Shown: positions 1 to 11,690, numbered from the stretch's first letter. The stretch: DNA of 64,000 nt from Nitrososphaera sp. (GCA_038201105.1 JBBRRH010000001.1:8864-72863), one strand, 5' to 3'. Notes: generated by a model from the sequence alone, not told the origin. Numbers and translations: made by a program.

Positions 1-60
1 ACCGCTGATTATCATAAGGATTGCTATAATTGTAATTCCTATCGGTCTATTTTTCTCCAA
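1..60 (-). CDS. N-terminal part of a membrane protein running off the left edge
   Basis: Reverse strand from TTG at 60 reads (M)EKNRPIGITIIAILMIISG with no stop; RPxG(I/V)TIIAIL followed by a TM helix is typical of small thaumarchaeal membrane proteins. Not in the ORF track; the start could lie further upstream. Confidence 0.55.
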   Translation of the reverse strand, partial: MEKNRPIGITIIAILMIISG

Positions 61-415
61 TTGGTTCCTTTTTATTAGAAAACAGACCAGCATAAAGGTC
101 TTTTCATACGTATGCAGTTTGTGAATAGCACGTCTAACTAAAGGAGTTGATACCAAGATTGCGGCGAAATATACTACTTGATAAGATTCACCTAATTCGC
201 ACCACATCTCGTAATATCGTCTTTTCTATGTTTATATAGAGTTCTTGGCCATGTCCGGACGAGATACAATGAGGGTATTTTTGACTTAGAAGGCTATGAA
301 TTCGAAATCTTGGTGTGGCGAATGTTTGAGGATGATTGGATCTCCCGACATGAGACCAGCGCAAACTTTAGTTCCAGTAAAGCGATTAATACTACCTTGA
401 TGTAATAGATACTAT

Positions 416-685
416 ATGGTATCAGCACTCATTTTGATTAATTGTCATTTTCCATTTGACAAACAAATTACCGAAAAACTGAAAAGATTATCTGCAATTT
501 CAGATGTTTACAGAACACAAGGAGTCTATGATTTAATTACAAAAATTGTTTATTCTTCCGAGAAAGAATTTAAAGAAACCATGACAGGGATTACTAGAAT
601 AGAAGGAGTAAATTCTACATTGACCTTGTTAATAGCTGACAAGCGCAAAGTGATAGAAGAAATGGAACCGATCGCCTTAAATTGA
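416..685 (+). CDS. Lrp/AsnC ligand-binding (RAM) domain protein
   Basis: ALILINC...VYRTQGVYDLITKI...IEGVNSTLTLLI matches the AsnC C-terminal domain; no HTH. Confidence 0.8.
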   Translation: MVSALILINCHFPFDKQITEKLKRLSAISDVYRTQGVYDLITKIVYSSEKEFKETMTGITRIEGVNSTLTLLIADKRKVIEEMEPIALN

Positions 686-766
686 TAGTATAAGTGGTAT
701 CTTCATAGTCAATTAGAGGAAGTCTCCCTACTATGATTATGTTCTCTTTCTTTTGCTAATAAGGAA

Positions 767-1078
767 TTATTGCGTCAATGAAACTTCGATGTACACGTCA
801 TCAGGGATCTTTAGTCGCATGAGTTGACGAAGGGATCTATCATCTGCTCCCAAATCTATTACTCTCCTATGGATTCTCATTTCATACTTATCCCACGTAT
901 TGGTCCCCTGACCACATGGAGATTTCCTTGTAACAACTTTCATTTTCTTTGTCGGAAGGGGATGAGGTCCTGTCAGCTTGATACCATTTTTTTCGCCAAT
1001 TCCTTTTATTTCTGAGCAAACGCTCTCTAACATAGGTAAATTGGTGCTGGTAAGTTTTATTCGTGCTTGTTGTGCCAT
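767..1078 (-). CDS. rps10: 30S ribosomal protein S10 (uS10)
   Basis: ARIKLTS, GPHPLPTKK, RKSPCGQG, YEMRIHRRVID; downstream of tuf. Confidence 0.98.
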   Translation of the reverse strand: MAQQARIKLTSTNLPMLESVCSEIKGIGEKNGIKLTGPHPLPTKKMKVVTRKSPCGQGTNTWDKYEMRIHRRVIDLGADDRSLRQLMRLKIPDDVYIEVSLTQ

Positions 1079-1108
1079 AGGATAGAATCACTTGTTTTAA
1101 TTCATGTT

Positions 1109-2425
1109 TTACTTCTTTGCGCCAGGGTCGTACTTTTCGATTATGGCTTTGACTACACCTGCTGCTATGGTCGTTCCCATATCACGCAAAGCAAATCTTC
1201 CGATCTCTGGAAATTCTTTAAAAGTCTCTATTGCAAGTGGCCTTACAGGTTTAATTCTCACTATCGCAGCATCACCTGTCTTCAGAAACTTTGGCTTGTC
1301 CTCAGTTGCTCCTCCTGTCTTTGGGTCTATTTTTGCTATGAATTCTGAAAGCGTTGCGGCTACTTGAGCTGTGTGAGCATGTAGCACTGGAGTATATCCT
1401 GGAGCCATAGCAGTTGGGTGATGTATCACGATTATCTGTGCTTCAAATTCTTTTGCCACTGCAGGAGGATTATTGACTGGACCGATAACATCTCCACGGT
1501 GTATCGATTTCTTGTCCACGCCTCTAAGGTTAAAACCAATGTTGTCTCCAGCTTCTGCTGATTCCATTTGCGTGTGATGAGTTTCTATAGACTTTACTTC
1601 TCCCGTTACACCAGAAGGCATCACGATTACTTTTTCGTTTGCCCTCAACACACCCGTTTCCACTCTCCCCACCGGAACCGTACCAACACCCGTAATGGTA
1701 TAAACATCCTGAATCGGAATTCTTAGAGGCTTGCCCGTCGGTTTTTCTGGTGGATCAAACATGTCCAATGCTTCAGAAAGCGTTGGTCCCTTGTACCATG
1801 GCATGTTTTCCGATTTCTTGACAAGGTTATCGCCCTTCCAACCCGATACGGGGATAAAGTTGATCTTTGTGGTGTTATACCCTACGAGTCTGAGCATTTT
1901 TTCCACGGTTTCTTTAACTTCCTTGAACCGTGCTTCCGAGTAATTGCAATCATCCATTTTATTTAATGCGACAGTCATCTGTCCTACACCCAGGGTTCTT
2001 GATAGGAAGGCGTGTTCTCGTGCTTGCCCTCCAGGGTCTGTAGCAGCTTCAGTTTCGCCAGACTTTGTGGATACGACCAAAATAGCTACATCAGCTTCTG
2101 ATGCGCCAGTGATCATGTTCTTAATGAAATCCCGATGGCCTGGTGCGTCTATTAAAGTGTAAAAATATTTGGCGGTTTCAAATTTCTGGAAAGCAAGATC
2201 GATGGTAATACCTCTTTCTCTCTCGTCCTTGATGCTATCGAGCACCCAAGCATACTTGAAGGTATCCCCCTTTCCAGTAGCTTCAGATTCTTTTGCAAAG
2301 GCATCTATAGTTCTCTGGTCGATCACACCCATATCGACCAATAAATGACCAACGATAGTGGATTTACCATTATCGACATGGCCAACAACCACGAGGTTCA
2401 AGTGTGGCTTTTTACTTGCGCTCAT
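1109..2425 (-). CDS. tuf: Translation elongation factor EF-1 alpha
   Basis: GHVDNGKST, ERERGITID, DAPGHRDF, NKMD, GRFALRDMG. Confidence 0.99.
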   Translation of the reverse strand: MSASKKPHLNLVVVGHVDNGKSTIVGHLLVDMGVIDQRTIDAFAKESEATGKGDTFKYAWVLDSIKDERERGITIDLAFQKFETAKYFYTLIDAPGHRDFIKNMITGASEADVAILVVSTKSGETEAATDPGGQAREHAFLSRTLGVGQMTVALNKMDDCNYSEARFKEVKETVEKMLRLVGYNTTKINFIPVSGWKGDNLVKKSENMPWYKGPTLSEALDMFDPPEKPTGKPLRIPIQDVYTITGVGTVPVGRVETGVLRANEKVIVMPSGVTGEVKSIETHHTQMESAEAGDNIGFNLRGVDKKSIHRGDVIGPVNNPPAVAKEFEAQIIVIHHPTAMAPGYTPVLHAHTAQVAATLSEFIAKIDPKTGGATEDKPKFLKTGDAAIVRIKPVRPLAIETFKEFPEIGRFALRDMGTTIAAGVVKAIIEKYDPGAKK

Positions 2426-2585
2426 TATGGGTAGAGCAATGCATGGGCTTTATTTGTATTTCGTTAACAAGAGTATTTGTATTTAGTTCTGTACGACACT
2501 CTGATTCTAATTGTAGATATCAGGTCGCATTGATATTATTTTGTTATTTTTCATTAAAGGCAAAATAGCAACCTTGCCGCACTTC

Positions 2586-2927
2586 TTAAATCCTCTTATA
2601 ATCATCCTCAATTCTGACTATGTCATTTTCATCGAATTCACCGAACGATAATTCCAGAATAACGCAGTCGGAGTTTGGTGCTGTTACTCGGTGTTTTGCT
2701 CCCCTGGGTATTGCTATGTCTTCACCTTCAGTCAAATGCACTTCTTTGTCCTGAACTTGTACAAGTGCCTGACCTTTGATAATTCTCCAAAATTCATTTC
2801 TTTTTGTATGATATTGAAGACTTAAACGAGAACCCTGATTGATGTAGAGAAGTTTAACGGTACAAGGTGTATTTTCATTAAATTTTTCGAACCTTCCCCA
2901 AGGTCTCGCCTCAGAATAAACGTTCAT
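2586..2927 (-). CDS. Phosphomannose isomerase type II C-terminal cupin domain protein
   Basis: RPWG, LSLQYH..R.EFW, IP.GAKHR, DENDIVRIEDDY.R; ATG at 2927 preferred over the track start 2951. Confidence 0.88.
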   Translation of the reverse strand: MNVYSEARPWGRFEKFNENTPCTVKLLYINQGSRLSLQYHTKRNEFWRIIKGQALVQVQDKEVHLTEGEDIAIPRGAKHRVTAPNSDCVILELSFGEFDENDIVRIEDDYKRI

Positions 2928-3279
2928 CCTGAAACGATTTGTATATATCAAATTTAATGATTACCTTGTGCCTATTGTAAAAATTAATGTGAGATTCTTT
3001 GTTATCTTTTACACATTACAAAGCTCAAATATGAGATGAATCATCAGAATGCATCCTTCAACGGAAGCACGAAATTAAGGGATAAATTTCTACATATGCC
3101 CCTTTCACGAAAACTTAGTTATTCGCATTAGGTTACATTAGTAAATAGTTCCGGATCTAGGTAACATTTATTGGTAGTTCGTTGACACTTTGGACTTGAA
3201 GGACCGATCAATAACTAGAGCAGTCTAGTTGGAGTATAAACACTACGTAGAAAACCTGGCATATATTGGAATTGCCCGT

Positions 3280-3651
3280 TTAATTCTTGAAAACTTCAAC
3301 ACATTTACAGTTTAGTAAGTTTTCAACACATTCAGAAAATAGATCCTTGCTCCTCTTGTAAATCCATTGTGAAAATTCATCCAAAGTAAAAAGACACTGT
3401 ATCTGGATTATTGGCGGAATAAAACCACCGTGGTTTATAACTTGTATTACAACATGGTCCCCGATAGCTGTAGCGATTTCTTCTTCTAGACTTGATTCAG
3501 TTACCTCTAGAGAATTCCGATACAATTCAAATGATCTGCCCGTTTTAACGGTATTGGCAGATACATCAGATAATATTTTCTTGAAGAAGCTAAGCTGGCA
3601 ATAGTCCAATGTCGTCTGTTCACCGTCGAATATCAAGGGCTTGCCTCTCAA
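3280..3651 (-). CDS. Hypothetical protein
   Basis: 123-aa ORF co-oriented with ileS; no motif recognised. Confidence 0.55.
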   Translation of the reverse strand: MRGKPLIFDGEQTTLDYCQLSFFKKILSDVSANTVKTGRSFELYRNSLEVTESSLEEEIATAIGDHVVIQVINHGGFIPPIIQIQCLFTLDEFSQWIYKRSKDLFSECVENLLNCKCVEVFKN

Positions 3652-3768
3652 TTGATGATCTTTGATGATTTCACAATTTATACCTAAATGACAACAAACA
3701 TTGACATAAAGTTATGAGATTATAAAGTAACACCGTCTGTAAAATTTATTCAATATAGATTATTATCA

Positions 3769-6700
3769 CTATTCTATCGACATGAACACTCTTCTTCCAT
3801 CAATTTCTACCTCCTTATATTTCTCATCATCATTTGGTCGCAAACTCAATTTCACTGATTTTACTCTTACTAAATAAGATAGATTCTCCCTAAAATCCAG
3901 AAGAGAAGTCAACTCCTCTTCATTCAAGTTCGACACATAGGCGCATGATAATACGTCAGTCGGCAAGTAACCTTTCTCTTTTCTTAGTTGTTGTATATTT
4001 CTAGCTAGATCTTTGACCAAGCCTTTAGTAAGTAGATCATTGTTTCGGATAGTTTCTATTAAGACTATGATGTCTCCAGTATCCGTCTCTGCCATAGAAA
4101 ATCCTGGAGCTGGAGAATAAGATAACTCTACATCTTCTTTCAATATCTCGAAATCATTACCGTCATATTCTACCAAGCATTTTCCTTCGGATATCAAAGT
4201 CTTTATGATTTTACTTTGGTCTGCGTTCTCAAAAGATCTTAATATCTTGGGAAGATCGTTCTTTAAAAGTGGAGCAATTCGCTTTGTCTTTAGCTTGGCT
4301 GATATTTCCACTACATTGTAATTCAATAAACCTGCCAATCTACCATAAACATCCCTTATTTTGGGTATTGTCAATATCTCCAGAGAATCAGTGTTCATTT
4401 GTGTTTTCATGATCTCCGTAAGCTCGTTCACCTTTGCTATGTCATCATCTTCCATAAAGACTATAATTCTACTTATCGGCCATCTTCTCTTTATTTTTGC
4501 CTTCGTTCTTGCAGAATTTGCTAGGGAGACGATTTCCTTCGCTATATTGACATTTGTTTCCACTCTAGGATTTATTAATGAATCCTTTATTTTTGGCCAA
4601 GATTCTATCAAGATAGATTGTTTGGTCGTGAAGAACATCAAGTGTAGATAATTACTGATAAATGGGCATAGAGGATGAATCAATATATCGACCTGGCTTA
4701 GTGCTTGACCTAAAATTGAGTATATTACTGATCTTCGTTCCAAGGTGTTTGGACTGTCATCCCACAGATCGTCTCTTGTAAAAGGAACGTATACCTGACT
4801 TAAATCGTTTATTATAAAATACTCTATTGCCTTTGCACCTTCATTAAATCTGCATCTTTCAAAGGACCGCGTAACTATAGTTATAAGCGATTGTAATTTT
4901 GAAATAATCCACTCTTCAATTATTCCAAATAATTTACTTTTAACCACATTTTCAATGTCCATATTCTTTGTATCAAAATTATCATATTGACTGTTTTGAT
5001 GTAAGTATACATGCAAGTTGTACAGGGTATTCAATACTTGATATGGTCGTGCGACCAATTCGGTAAGACTGAAATTAAGGGAGTCTATAGGAGAAGCCTT
5101 CCACAAAAGATAGAAGCGCACTAAATCCACAGAGTTTTTAGACAATAGTTCTTTAGCATCCATAACATTTCCCAGGCTCTTGCTCATTTTGTTACCTTTT
5201 TCATCAAGCATATGGCCTTGAAAGAGGAAAGCATGGAATGGCGCCTGATCCGTATTCCGCATAATAACATTTTCCATTAATAGAGTATAAGCCCACCCTC
5301 TCGTTTGATCTATTCCTTCCGTTAAAAATGCAGCCGGAATCAGCTGTGAATATTCACTGTCACTAAGGGATGCATATGGAGAAGCGCCACTGTTATGCCA
5401 GGTATCGAGCACGAAGGGTTCTCGAGACATTATATCCTTACAATGAGAACACTTAAGTTGTATTCGATCTATCCATGGTCGATGTAGTTCGAAATCGGTA
5501 CCATCAGGGAGCTCACTTGCTCTTTCAATTATTTCGCTCCTCGAGAACAAAGCCTCTTTTTTTCCACAGGAGTTACACTTCCATATCGGTAGAGGAGTTC
5601 CCCAAATACGTTCCCTAGAAATACACCAAGGAACTTTCTCTTTGATAATTTCCAAAAATCTGTTTCTGGGCGAATCAAAGAAGTATTCTACCTTTGATGC
5701 AGCAGACAATGGGTTTTGGCCAAGCTTATCTATCATGTAAAAATATTCTCGCCGTGCCAACCAAACGATTTTGTGTCCAGACCTCCAACATGTCGGATAC
5801 TGGTGTACTATCTTTCCTACTTTGACATACGCTGAAGCTTCCCTCATGGCATTAATGACCATTTCATCGGCATCTCTTACATACATTCCTCGAAACTGAC
5901 CTGCCTCTTCAGTAAAAACTACTTTATCGTCTATAGGAACGAAAATTGGAATACGGCGCTTGGTTGCTATTTCAAAATCCTCTTCCCCATTTGCCGGGGC
6001 CAAATGCACTAATCCGCTTCCAGTGCTTATATCTACAAATTGTTCTGCAACAACAAAATGGATGCTCTTTTCATCGGATAGCCTCTTTAATCCTGGAATC
6101 ATTTCCAAAAGCGGATGGATGTACCTTCTTCCTTCGAGATTCTTGCCCAAGACAGTACGTATCGATTCATAATTTAATATTCCCAGTTCATTCATGAGTG
6201 ATTGCAAACGATCCTGTCCTACGACCCAAACCTGGTCATTAACATTTACGTAGACGTACGTGGCGTCAGGATTTACACCAATTAATTCGTCAGTTATTAA
6301 GGTGAATGGCATCGTTGTCCAGACAATCAAAAACGCGTCTTCTTCTGACATTTTTACCTTATAATAAAACGACGGATCCTCCACATTCTTGTAACCTTGA
6401 TTGACTTCGGCATTGCTAAGAGAAGTCTGACAAGATGGACAATATGCTACCACCCTGAACCACTCCTTCAGAATGCCAATTTCCCATGCCTTCTTCAGGT
6501 ACTTCCACTCTCTTTCTATATACTCATCTTTATAAGTCCAGTATGCTCTCTCGTAGTCAAAAGACATGCCGAGGAGATGATCTACTTCGATCCATTTAGT
6601 TGCGTTTGTCTGTATCAATTGCTTACAAGCATTTACTATACTCTCAACACCAACTCTCTTGATGTTTTCTGATTTGCTGCCGGTTAGGCCTAGAAGTTTT

Positions 6701-6987
6701 TCTGCCTGCAACTCAATCGGGAGACCCTGGGTATCCCAACCTGCTCGGAAAATCACTTTATACTTTTGTAAAGTTTTAAACCTATACCACATGTCCTTGA
6801 TAATTCTACCTCTCAGGTGCCCTACGTGTGGTTCCCCGTTTAGGGTCGGAGGACCTTCTATGTAACCCAGAACAGAATTTACATTCGACTTTTCTTTATC
6901 AATTAGAGATGCTTGATCGACATCACCCAGATACGACCTAATATCACCTTCTATCTTTTTTGGATCAAACTTAGTATAGACTTCCAT
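3769..6987 (-). CDS. ileS: Isoleucyl-tRNA synthetase (archaeal/eukaryotic type)
   Basis: EGPPTLNGEPHVGH (HIGH), GWDTQGLPIE, WTTMPFTL editing domain, WCISRERIWG, KMSKS. Confidence 0.97.
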   Translation of the reverse strand: MEVYTKFDPKKIEGDIRSYLGDVDQASLIDKEKSNVNSVLGYIEGPPTLNGEPHVGHLRGRIIKDMWYRFKTLQKYKVIFRAGWDTQGLPIELQAEKLLGLTGSKSENIKRVGVESIVNACKQLIQTNATKWIEVDHLLGMSFDYERAYWTYKDEYIEREWKYLKKAWEIGILKEWFRVVAYCPSCQTSLSNAEVNQGYKNVEDPSFYYKVKMSEEDAFLIVWTTMPFTLITDELIGVNPDATYVYVNVNDQVWVVGQDRLQSLMNELGILNYESIRTVLGKNLEGRRYIHPLLEMIPGLKRLSDEKSIHFVVAEQFVDISTGSGLVHLAPANGEEDFEIATKRRIPIFVPIDDKVVFTEEAGQFRGMYVRDADEMVINAMREASAYVKVGKIVHQYPTCWRSGHKIVWLARREYFYMIDKLGQNPLSAASKVEYFFDSPRNRFLEIIKEKVPWCISRERIWGTPLPIWKCNSCGKKEALFSRSEIIERASELPDGTDFELHRPWIDRIQLKCSHCKDIMSREPFVLDTWHNSGASPYASLSDSEYSQLIPAAFLTEGIDQTRGWAYTLLMENVIMRNTDQAPFHAFLFQGHMLDEKGNKMSKSLGNVMDAKELLSKNSVDLVRFYLLWKASPIDSLNFSLTELVARPYQVLNTLYNLHVYLHQNSQYDNFDTKNMDIENVVKSKLFGIIEEWIISKLQSLITIVTRSFERCRFNEGAKAIEYFIINDLSQVYVPFTRDDLWDDSPNTLERRSVIYSILGQALSQVDILIHPLCPFISNYLHLMFFTTKQSILIESWPKIKDSLINPRVETNVNIAKEIVSLANSARTKAKIKRRWPISRIIVFMEDDDIAKVNELTEIMKTQMNTDSLEILTIPKIRDVYGRLAGLLNYNVVEISAKLKTKRIAPLLKNDLPKILRSFENADQSKIIKTLISEGKCLVEYDGNDFEILKEDVELSYSPAPGFSMAETDTGDIIVLIETIRNNDLLTKGLVKDLARNIQQLRKEKGYLPTDVLSCAYVSNLNEEELTSLLDFRENLSYLVRVKSVKLSLRPNDDEKYKEVEIDGRRVFMSIE

Positions 6988-7204
6988 CTAGTGCGCTAGT
7001 GCCATAAACGGATCCACAATTTTTATTTGTACTGATTATTCGGATAGTCTGAAAGAAGAGCAATCGAAGAGGTATACCAATTCAACTTTGATAATTTGGC
7101 AGCTTTCAATTTTTTCGGTTAAAAGTGCAGGGTAATTCAGACTTTGGTGATATTAATGCGAACCAATCCTTTCAAATATAAATACCGGTGAATATGATTT
7201 TTAC

Positions 7205-7762
7205 GTGACTGAGCCGACGGTTTTAGATAAACGTAATTTGCCGAACAGTATACCCGAAAATATTCACGTAGTCGTAGAGATTCCAAAGGGGAGTAATATC
7301 AAATACGAATTTGATCCCACAACCGGATTTCTTTCCGTCGACAGAAAACTGTATACTGCCATGCATTATCCATGCAATTATGGTTTTATACCAAACACGT
7401 TGGAGGACGACGGAGATCCCGTTGATGTCCTGGTGTTAGGTGATTGGCCAGTGGTACCTATGTCAATGATAAAAGCAGTGCCCGTTGGTCTCCTATTTAC
7501 GAAAGATGAAGAAGGTAATGACTCTAAGATTATATCTGTACCCAACTCAAAAATAGATCCAAGATTTTCCAATATTAAAAATATTGATGACATTCCATCT
7601 TATCTACTTGACGAGATCAAACATTTTTTTGAACATTATAAAGAACTCGAACTTGGGAAATATGTGAAGGTAACAGGTTGGGGGAATAGAGAATCCGCTT
7701 CAGAAAAAATTTCCGAGGGTATTGAAAGATTCAAAAATGGAGATTCATCTAAAGGGCCTTGA
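7205..7762 (+). CDS. ppa: Inorganic pyrophosphatase (family I)
   Basis: KYEFD, YPCNYGFIPNTL, DGDPVDVLV, HFFEHYKELE. Confidence 0.97.
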   Translation: MTEPTVLDKRNLPNSIPENIHVVVEIPKGSNIKYEFDPTTGFLSVDRKLYTAMHYPCNYGFIPNTLEDDGDPVDVLVLGDWPVVPMSMIKAVPVGLLFTKDEEGNDSKIISVPNSKIDPRFSNIKNIDDIPSYLLDEIKHFFEHYKELELGKYVKVTGWGNRESASEKISEGIERFKNGDSSKGP

Positions 7763-8975
7763 ACTGTTCACTCCATCGGCTATAGGCACGCATCATGTCT
7801 ACACTAACACTCGGTTTTCTCATCTTTAGGATCTCTTTGAAATCCGATGGGGATATAGACCTAGTGTTTGCCTCCTCCTCCAGTGCCTTTCCACTTTGAA
7901 AAAGTTCATCGACTACTCGAAGCTGTGCGGACTGACAAATATCCTTTACGTCACTAGCACTATAGCCTTCGGTCAACTTGGCAAGATCTTCAGATTTCAG
8001 CGATTTTTCCATCTTTAGCCTTTCTGTATATTGGCGAAATAGATGTATCCTGGATGCCTGGTCTGGAAGAGAGACGTATATCCTTTTTTGGAAGCGTCGC
8101 AAGAATCCTGCCTCTAAACTCCAAGGTTTATTGGTTGCGCCAATTACATACAATTTTGAATCTTTGGATTTTCCATTTATTCCGTCCATTTCTGTAAGAA
8201 ATTGGTTCTTCACTCTTACCTCGCCCCCTACTTCACTGTTTCTTGTTCCAAGAAGTGAATCTATTTCGTCTATGAAAAGAAGGACTGGTACACCTTCAGA
8301 ATCGTGGAGTCTTCGAGCCAAATTGAAAAGTTTTGAAACATTCTTTTCTGCTTCCCCTAGCCATTTGCTCATCATAGAAGCCGCATCAACATTGATGAAA
8401 TAACCTTCTATCTCAGCGGCAGCGGCGGCTGCTAGTAAAGTTTTGCCACATCCTGGTGGCCCGTACAACAAAATGCCACGGGGCCACCCCAATGGAAATA
8501 GATCCATTCGCTTTGTAGGGTATACTATAGATTCTCTGATCGCACGTTTTGCATCATCTAATCCTATGACCTCTTCCCAAGAAACGTGTGGTTTGTCTTT
8601 CATCACCAGATCATCGAATTCAGCACCAAGACTTTCCGTTCCAGCATCTCTTTTACGATTAGTGCTGTTGGCCGGTGTATTTGATGAATAAGTTGTTGTC
8701 CTACGCGGGGTTTGATCTATTTTTTCATGGTGAACATCAGCAATGCCATTAGTCATTTGTAGTGCTTTTACTCTATTTTGGTAGGCGCTTGCTCTCTCCA
8801 TGTAAATCTTGTTCAATTTGTATTCTGGATATATTTGGATGAGCTTTACCAACGCCTCGATTGCTCTTTGATATGCTTGAATTGCCATCCCTCTAGAACC
8901 TTCTGAATCTAATCTTATGGCCTCAGCGGCATACTTACTGGCACTATTTTCCAATTCTTGTGGAGCAAGACTCAT
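7749..8975 (-). CDS. cdvC: Vps4/CdvC AAA ATPase with N-terminal MIT domain
   Basis: MIT-like helices, GPPGCGKT, FIDEID, GATNKPW, RRFQKR, C-terminal Vps4-like helix. Confidence 0.9.
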   Translation of the reverse strand: MSLAPQELENSASKYAAEAIRLDSEGSRGMAIQAYQRAIEALVKLIQIYPEYKLNKIYMERASAYQNRVKALQMTNGIADVHHEKIDQTPRRTTTYSSNTPANSTNRKRDAGTESLGAEFDDLVMKDKPHVSWEEVIGLDDAKRAIRESIVYPTKRMDLFPLGWPRGILLYGPPGCGKTLLAAAAAAEIEGYFINVDAASMMSKWLGEAEKNVSKLFNLARRLHDSEGVPVLLFIDEIDSLLGTRNSEVGGEVRVKNQFLTEMDGINGKSKDSKLYVIGATNKPWSLEAGFLRRFQKRIYVSLPDQASRIHLFRQYTERLKMEKSLKSEDLAKLTEGYSASDVKDICQSAQLRVVDELFQSGKALEEEANTRSISPSDFKEILKMRKPSVSVDMMRAYSRWSEQFKAL

Positions 8976-9786
8976 GATAATAATACAAACCTCATTGAAA
9001 ATTGGTGCTGATACTTTGAATTACTATGTTGTGAATCTATGTTGTGTAAGGAACAAAATAAATTGAACCAATTCAGCTGATCTTAAATGAGAGGAGATTC
9101 ACTACAATAGATCTTTGTGGAGATTCCTTGTATGAGATTTTCCACGATACACATAGTGCGTATCCAATCTAGCAAGCCATCTTGGTTAATATCTCTATTC
9201 TCATTTCAGCAATACGAGGACTCCTCTAATTCGCATTTGCTTTTACTGTTTACAGATCCGAAATGGATTACTTTGATGGTAAGATTAGACGCTCTCAACC
9301 TCGTTGGTCCTTTGTTCGTTTCGCAGGTTGCTTAGGAATTAAATTATAATTTATTACTCTGCAAGATATTTTTTAGTGTCGGAACATAAGTTCTGTTGGA
9401 ATTACCACCGATCCGTAGGCATTATTATGTTCCTCAATAGAGGATAATAAAGAGTTTGGCTAGGTCTCACAAATTAAGCCCTCATAATTCAACTTTAAAA
9501 ATTTCGTCTTCTAAGCTTTTTCATGTTGGAATTTACTCATCCCAGCTAATTGAATTTTAGATTTGACGGAAGGTTCGAAGATGTTGTAGTGGATAGCCAT
9601 TACCCTTCAATATCTAACGCCGTGTTTCTACAAGCCCCCTTAACCCCGATCTCAAATCTTCCTAATTGCATTTGTAATTAAAGTGACGGCAGTTAAAGTA
9701 TGATTAGTCACAGCTCGACAATTTTTTCAGTTTTATATAATCTATTTGACATCCAACTTTACTTCTATTAAATAAGATTTGTCCGC

Positions 9787-10983
9787 ATGACTGACGCTAA
9801 GACATATTCCTCATCACTGGAGTTTGATATAATTGGAAATCTCGAGGAATTCGGACTGTCAAAATACGAAGCTAGGGCATACATTACATTGGTTGAAAAA
9901 GGTACATTGGGCGCAAGTGAAATAGCTTACTACTCTCATTTACCTCGAACTAAAATCTATACAACTCTAAAAAAACTCGAGAAAAAGGGCCTTTCTACAA
10001 TAACAGAGCGGAAACCGCTGACTGCCTCTGCAGTCCCCCCCGAAGAAGGATTTATGGAGATTATGAAACTCCATGAAAAGAGATTAAAAAATATGAAAGG
10101 AATTGTTCTTGCACTAAAGAAGATCGAAAACGACGGTAGAAGATCATCCAACATGGAAGAAAAAAAATACATTATCCTTGATCCAATCTTTGCTGAGGAA
10201 AAAATTCGGGACCTGATTCAGGATGCCAGAAGCTCCATAAACGTAATGGTAGATTCGTGGGGGTTGAATGTCGTTTCTAGATGTAAAGAAGCCCTCCTGT
10301 CTGCCATTATGAGAGGAATTAAAGTCAGACTACTGATAGGATTTCAATGCGCAGACAACCCTAATATTCATTCAATTCCAAGAGGACTCGAAATTAGACT
10401 TCACCAAATTCACGATAATATTCTAACCATAGACACTTCAAAAGTAGTTACTATTGACGGGACCAATGGAAAAGCGGCTGTTCTTAATTCCTTGGATATC
10501 TTTGCATCTAGCCACATTCGGTTGTTTGAGGAAAAATGGGAAGGAGCAATAAAAGTTGGCAATCTTTGTGACTTGGAGAATGGTATACTTGTAAATGCAC
10601 TAAGATTAACAAGAACCCTTGAAGATAAAGTGGCAACTCAGATATATGATTATGTGGCTAGACCAGATTCAGATCTTACGCCAATAGTCAATGCAATAGA
10701 ACACGCCGGGATAAGAATTATGCAATACAGCATAAATGAATTGATACGATTGATAGATTATGCAATGAGATTATTTTATGAAGGAGATCTAAGATATGAC
10801 ATAATGTATAATATGTTAGTCTTAAGATCCGAGTCTTCTGAGAAATCGCTTATTCCTTGGGCTCTCGTAATCATGTCATATCTTAACAAAATTGGGAATG
10901 AGGCAAAGATGATATGTGATCCTGAGAAAGTAATAGGAAATCGTGTTCATTTAAAACTATCCAACCCAATATCTAGTTCATGA
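9787..10983 (+). CDS. TrmB-family transcriptional regulator
   Basis: FGLSKYEARAY...LPRTKIYTTLKKLEKKGL wHTH plus an effector-like C-terminal region. Confidence 0.85.
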   Translation: MTDAKTYSSSLEFDIIGNLEEFGLSKYEARAYITLVEKGTLGASEIAYYSHLPRTKIYTTLKKLEKKGLSTITERKPLTASAVPPEEGFMEIMKLHEKRLKNMKGIVLALKKIENDGRRSSNMEEKKYIILDPIFAEEKIRDLIQDARSSINVMVDSWGLNVVSRCKEALLSAIMRGIKVRLLIGFQCADNPNIHSIPRGLEIRLHQIHDNILTIDTSKVVTIDGTNGKAAVLNSLDIFASSHIRLFEEKWEGAIKVGNLCDLENGILVNALRLTRTLEDKVATQIYDYVARPDSDLTPIVNAIEHAGIRIMQYSINELIRLIDYAMRLFYEGDLRYDIMYNMLVLRSESSEKSLIPWALVIMSYLNKIGNEAKMICDPEKVIGNRVHLKLSNPISSS

Positions 10984-11174
10984 TAATCATAGAGGCCTCG
11001 CAGGCTCATGTTAACTTTAGGAAATGTCCCGATATTTTCGTGCTTTTTTATTTAGGATGTAATCAGTGTTTAAGGATGATAAAACTGATTGGCCACCATT
11101 CTTAAAGGAGCTCATGTGTTAACAATGGACAATGGATCACATTACTTTATAATGTGAGTATTTGATCTTTACTT

Positions 11175-11690
11175 CTAGTTCGCGCCATCATTGAATTTAC
11201 GTTCTCTGTATCTGACTGATAGAGAATTACCACAGATAGAACATGAACTTGCACTTGACGAATACTGCTTTCTACATTCTTTGCAAAATTTGGTCCATTT
11301 TCTTATTCCTTTTATTCCGTGGCTGGCCAGATTCCAGGTGCGAACAGACATCACCTTAGCCAAGTTGCAAACTCTATAGTCATCTGACACAATTGTACCT
11401 CCATAGTCAATTGCCAAAGATATGACTGATATGTCAGGCCCAGAAATTTTGGAATCTCCTATTTGTCGGGCCATCGTCTTCACTCGATTGATAGATTCTT
11501 GTTTTGGCTCTAGGATTGAAATTTTTTGGCCTTCTATTAAGAAACTCATGAGCGAAATATTTTTTCTTATGTGAGAAACCTCATTAATTATCTGATCGGT
11601 GGTAATACACTTTTCACTAACTCTTAGATGGAATCCCTGATAGAAAGCCGTTGCATCCAACACAAAAATATCAGAAGCCAAGCCTTGCAA
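11175..11690 (-). CDS. nob1: Nob1-family PIN endonuclease with Zn ribbon
   Basis: VLDATAF, SGPDISVISLA, SDDYRVCNLA, CKEC...CSICG. Confidence 0.88.
   Translation of the reverse strand: MQGLASDIFVLDATAFYQGFHLRVSEKCITTDQIINEVSHIRKNISLMSFLIEGQKISILEPKQESINRVKTMARQIGDSKISGPDISVISLAIDYGGTIVSDDYRVCNLAKVMSVRTWNLASHGIKGIRKWTKFCKECRKQYSSSASSCSICGNSLSVRYRERKFNDGAN

Noticed and set aside
9117-9335. ORF in the cdvC-TrmB spacer
   Set aside because: No recognisable features; likely spurious in a divergent promoter region.
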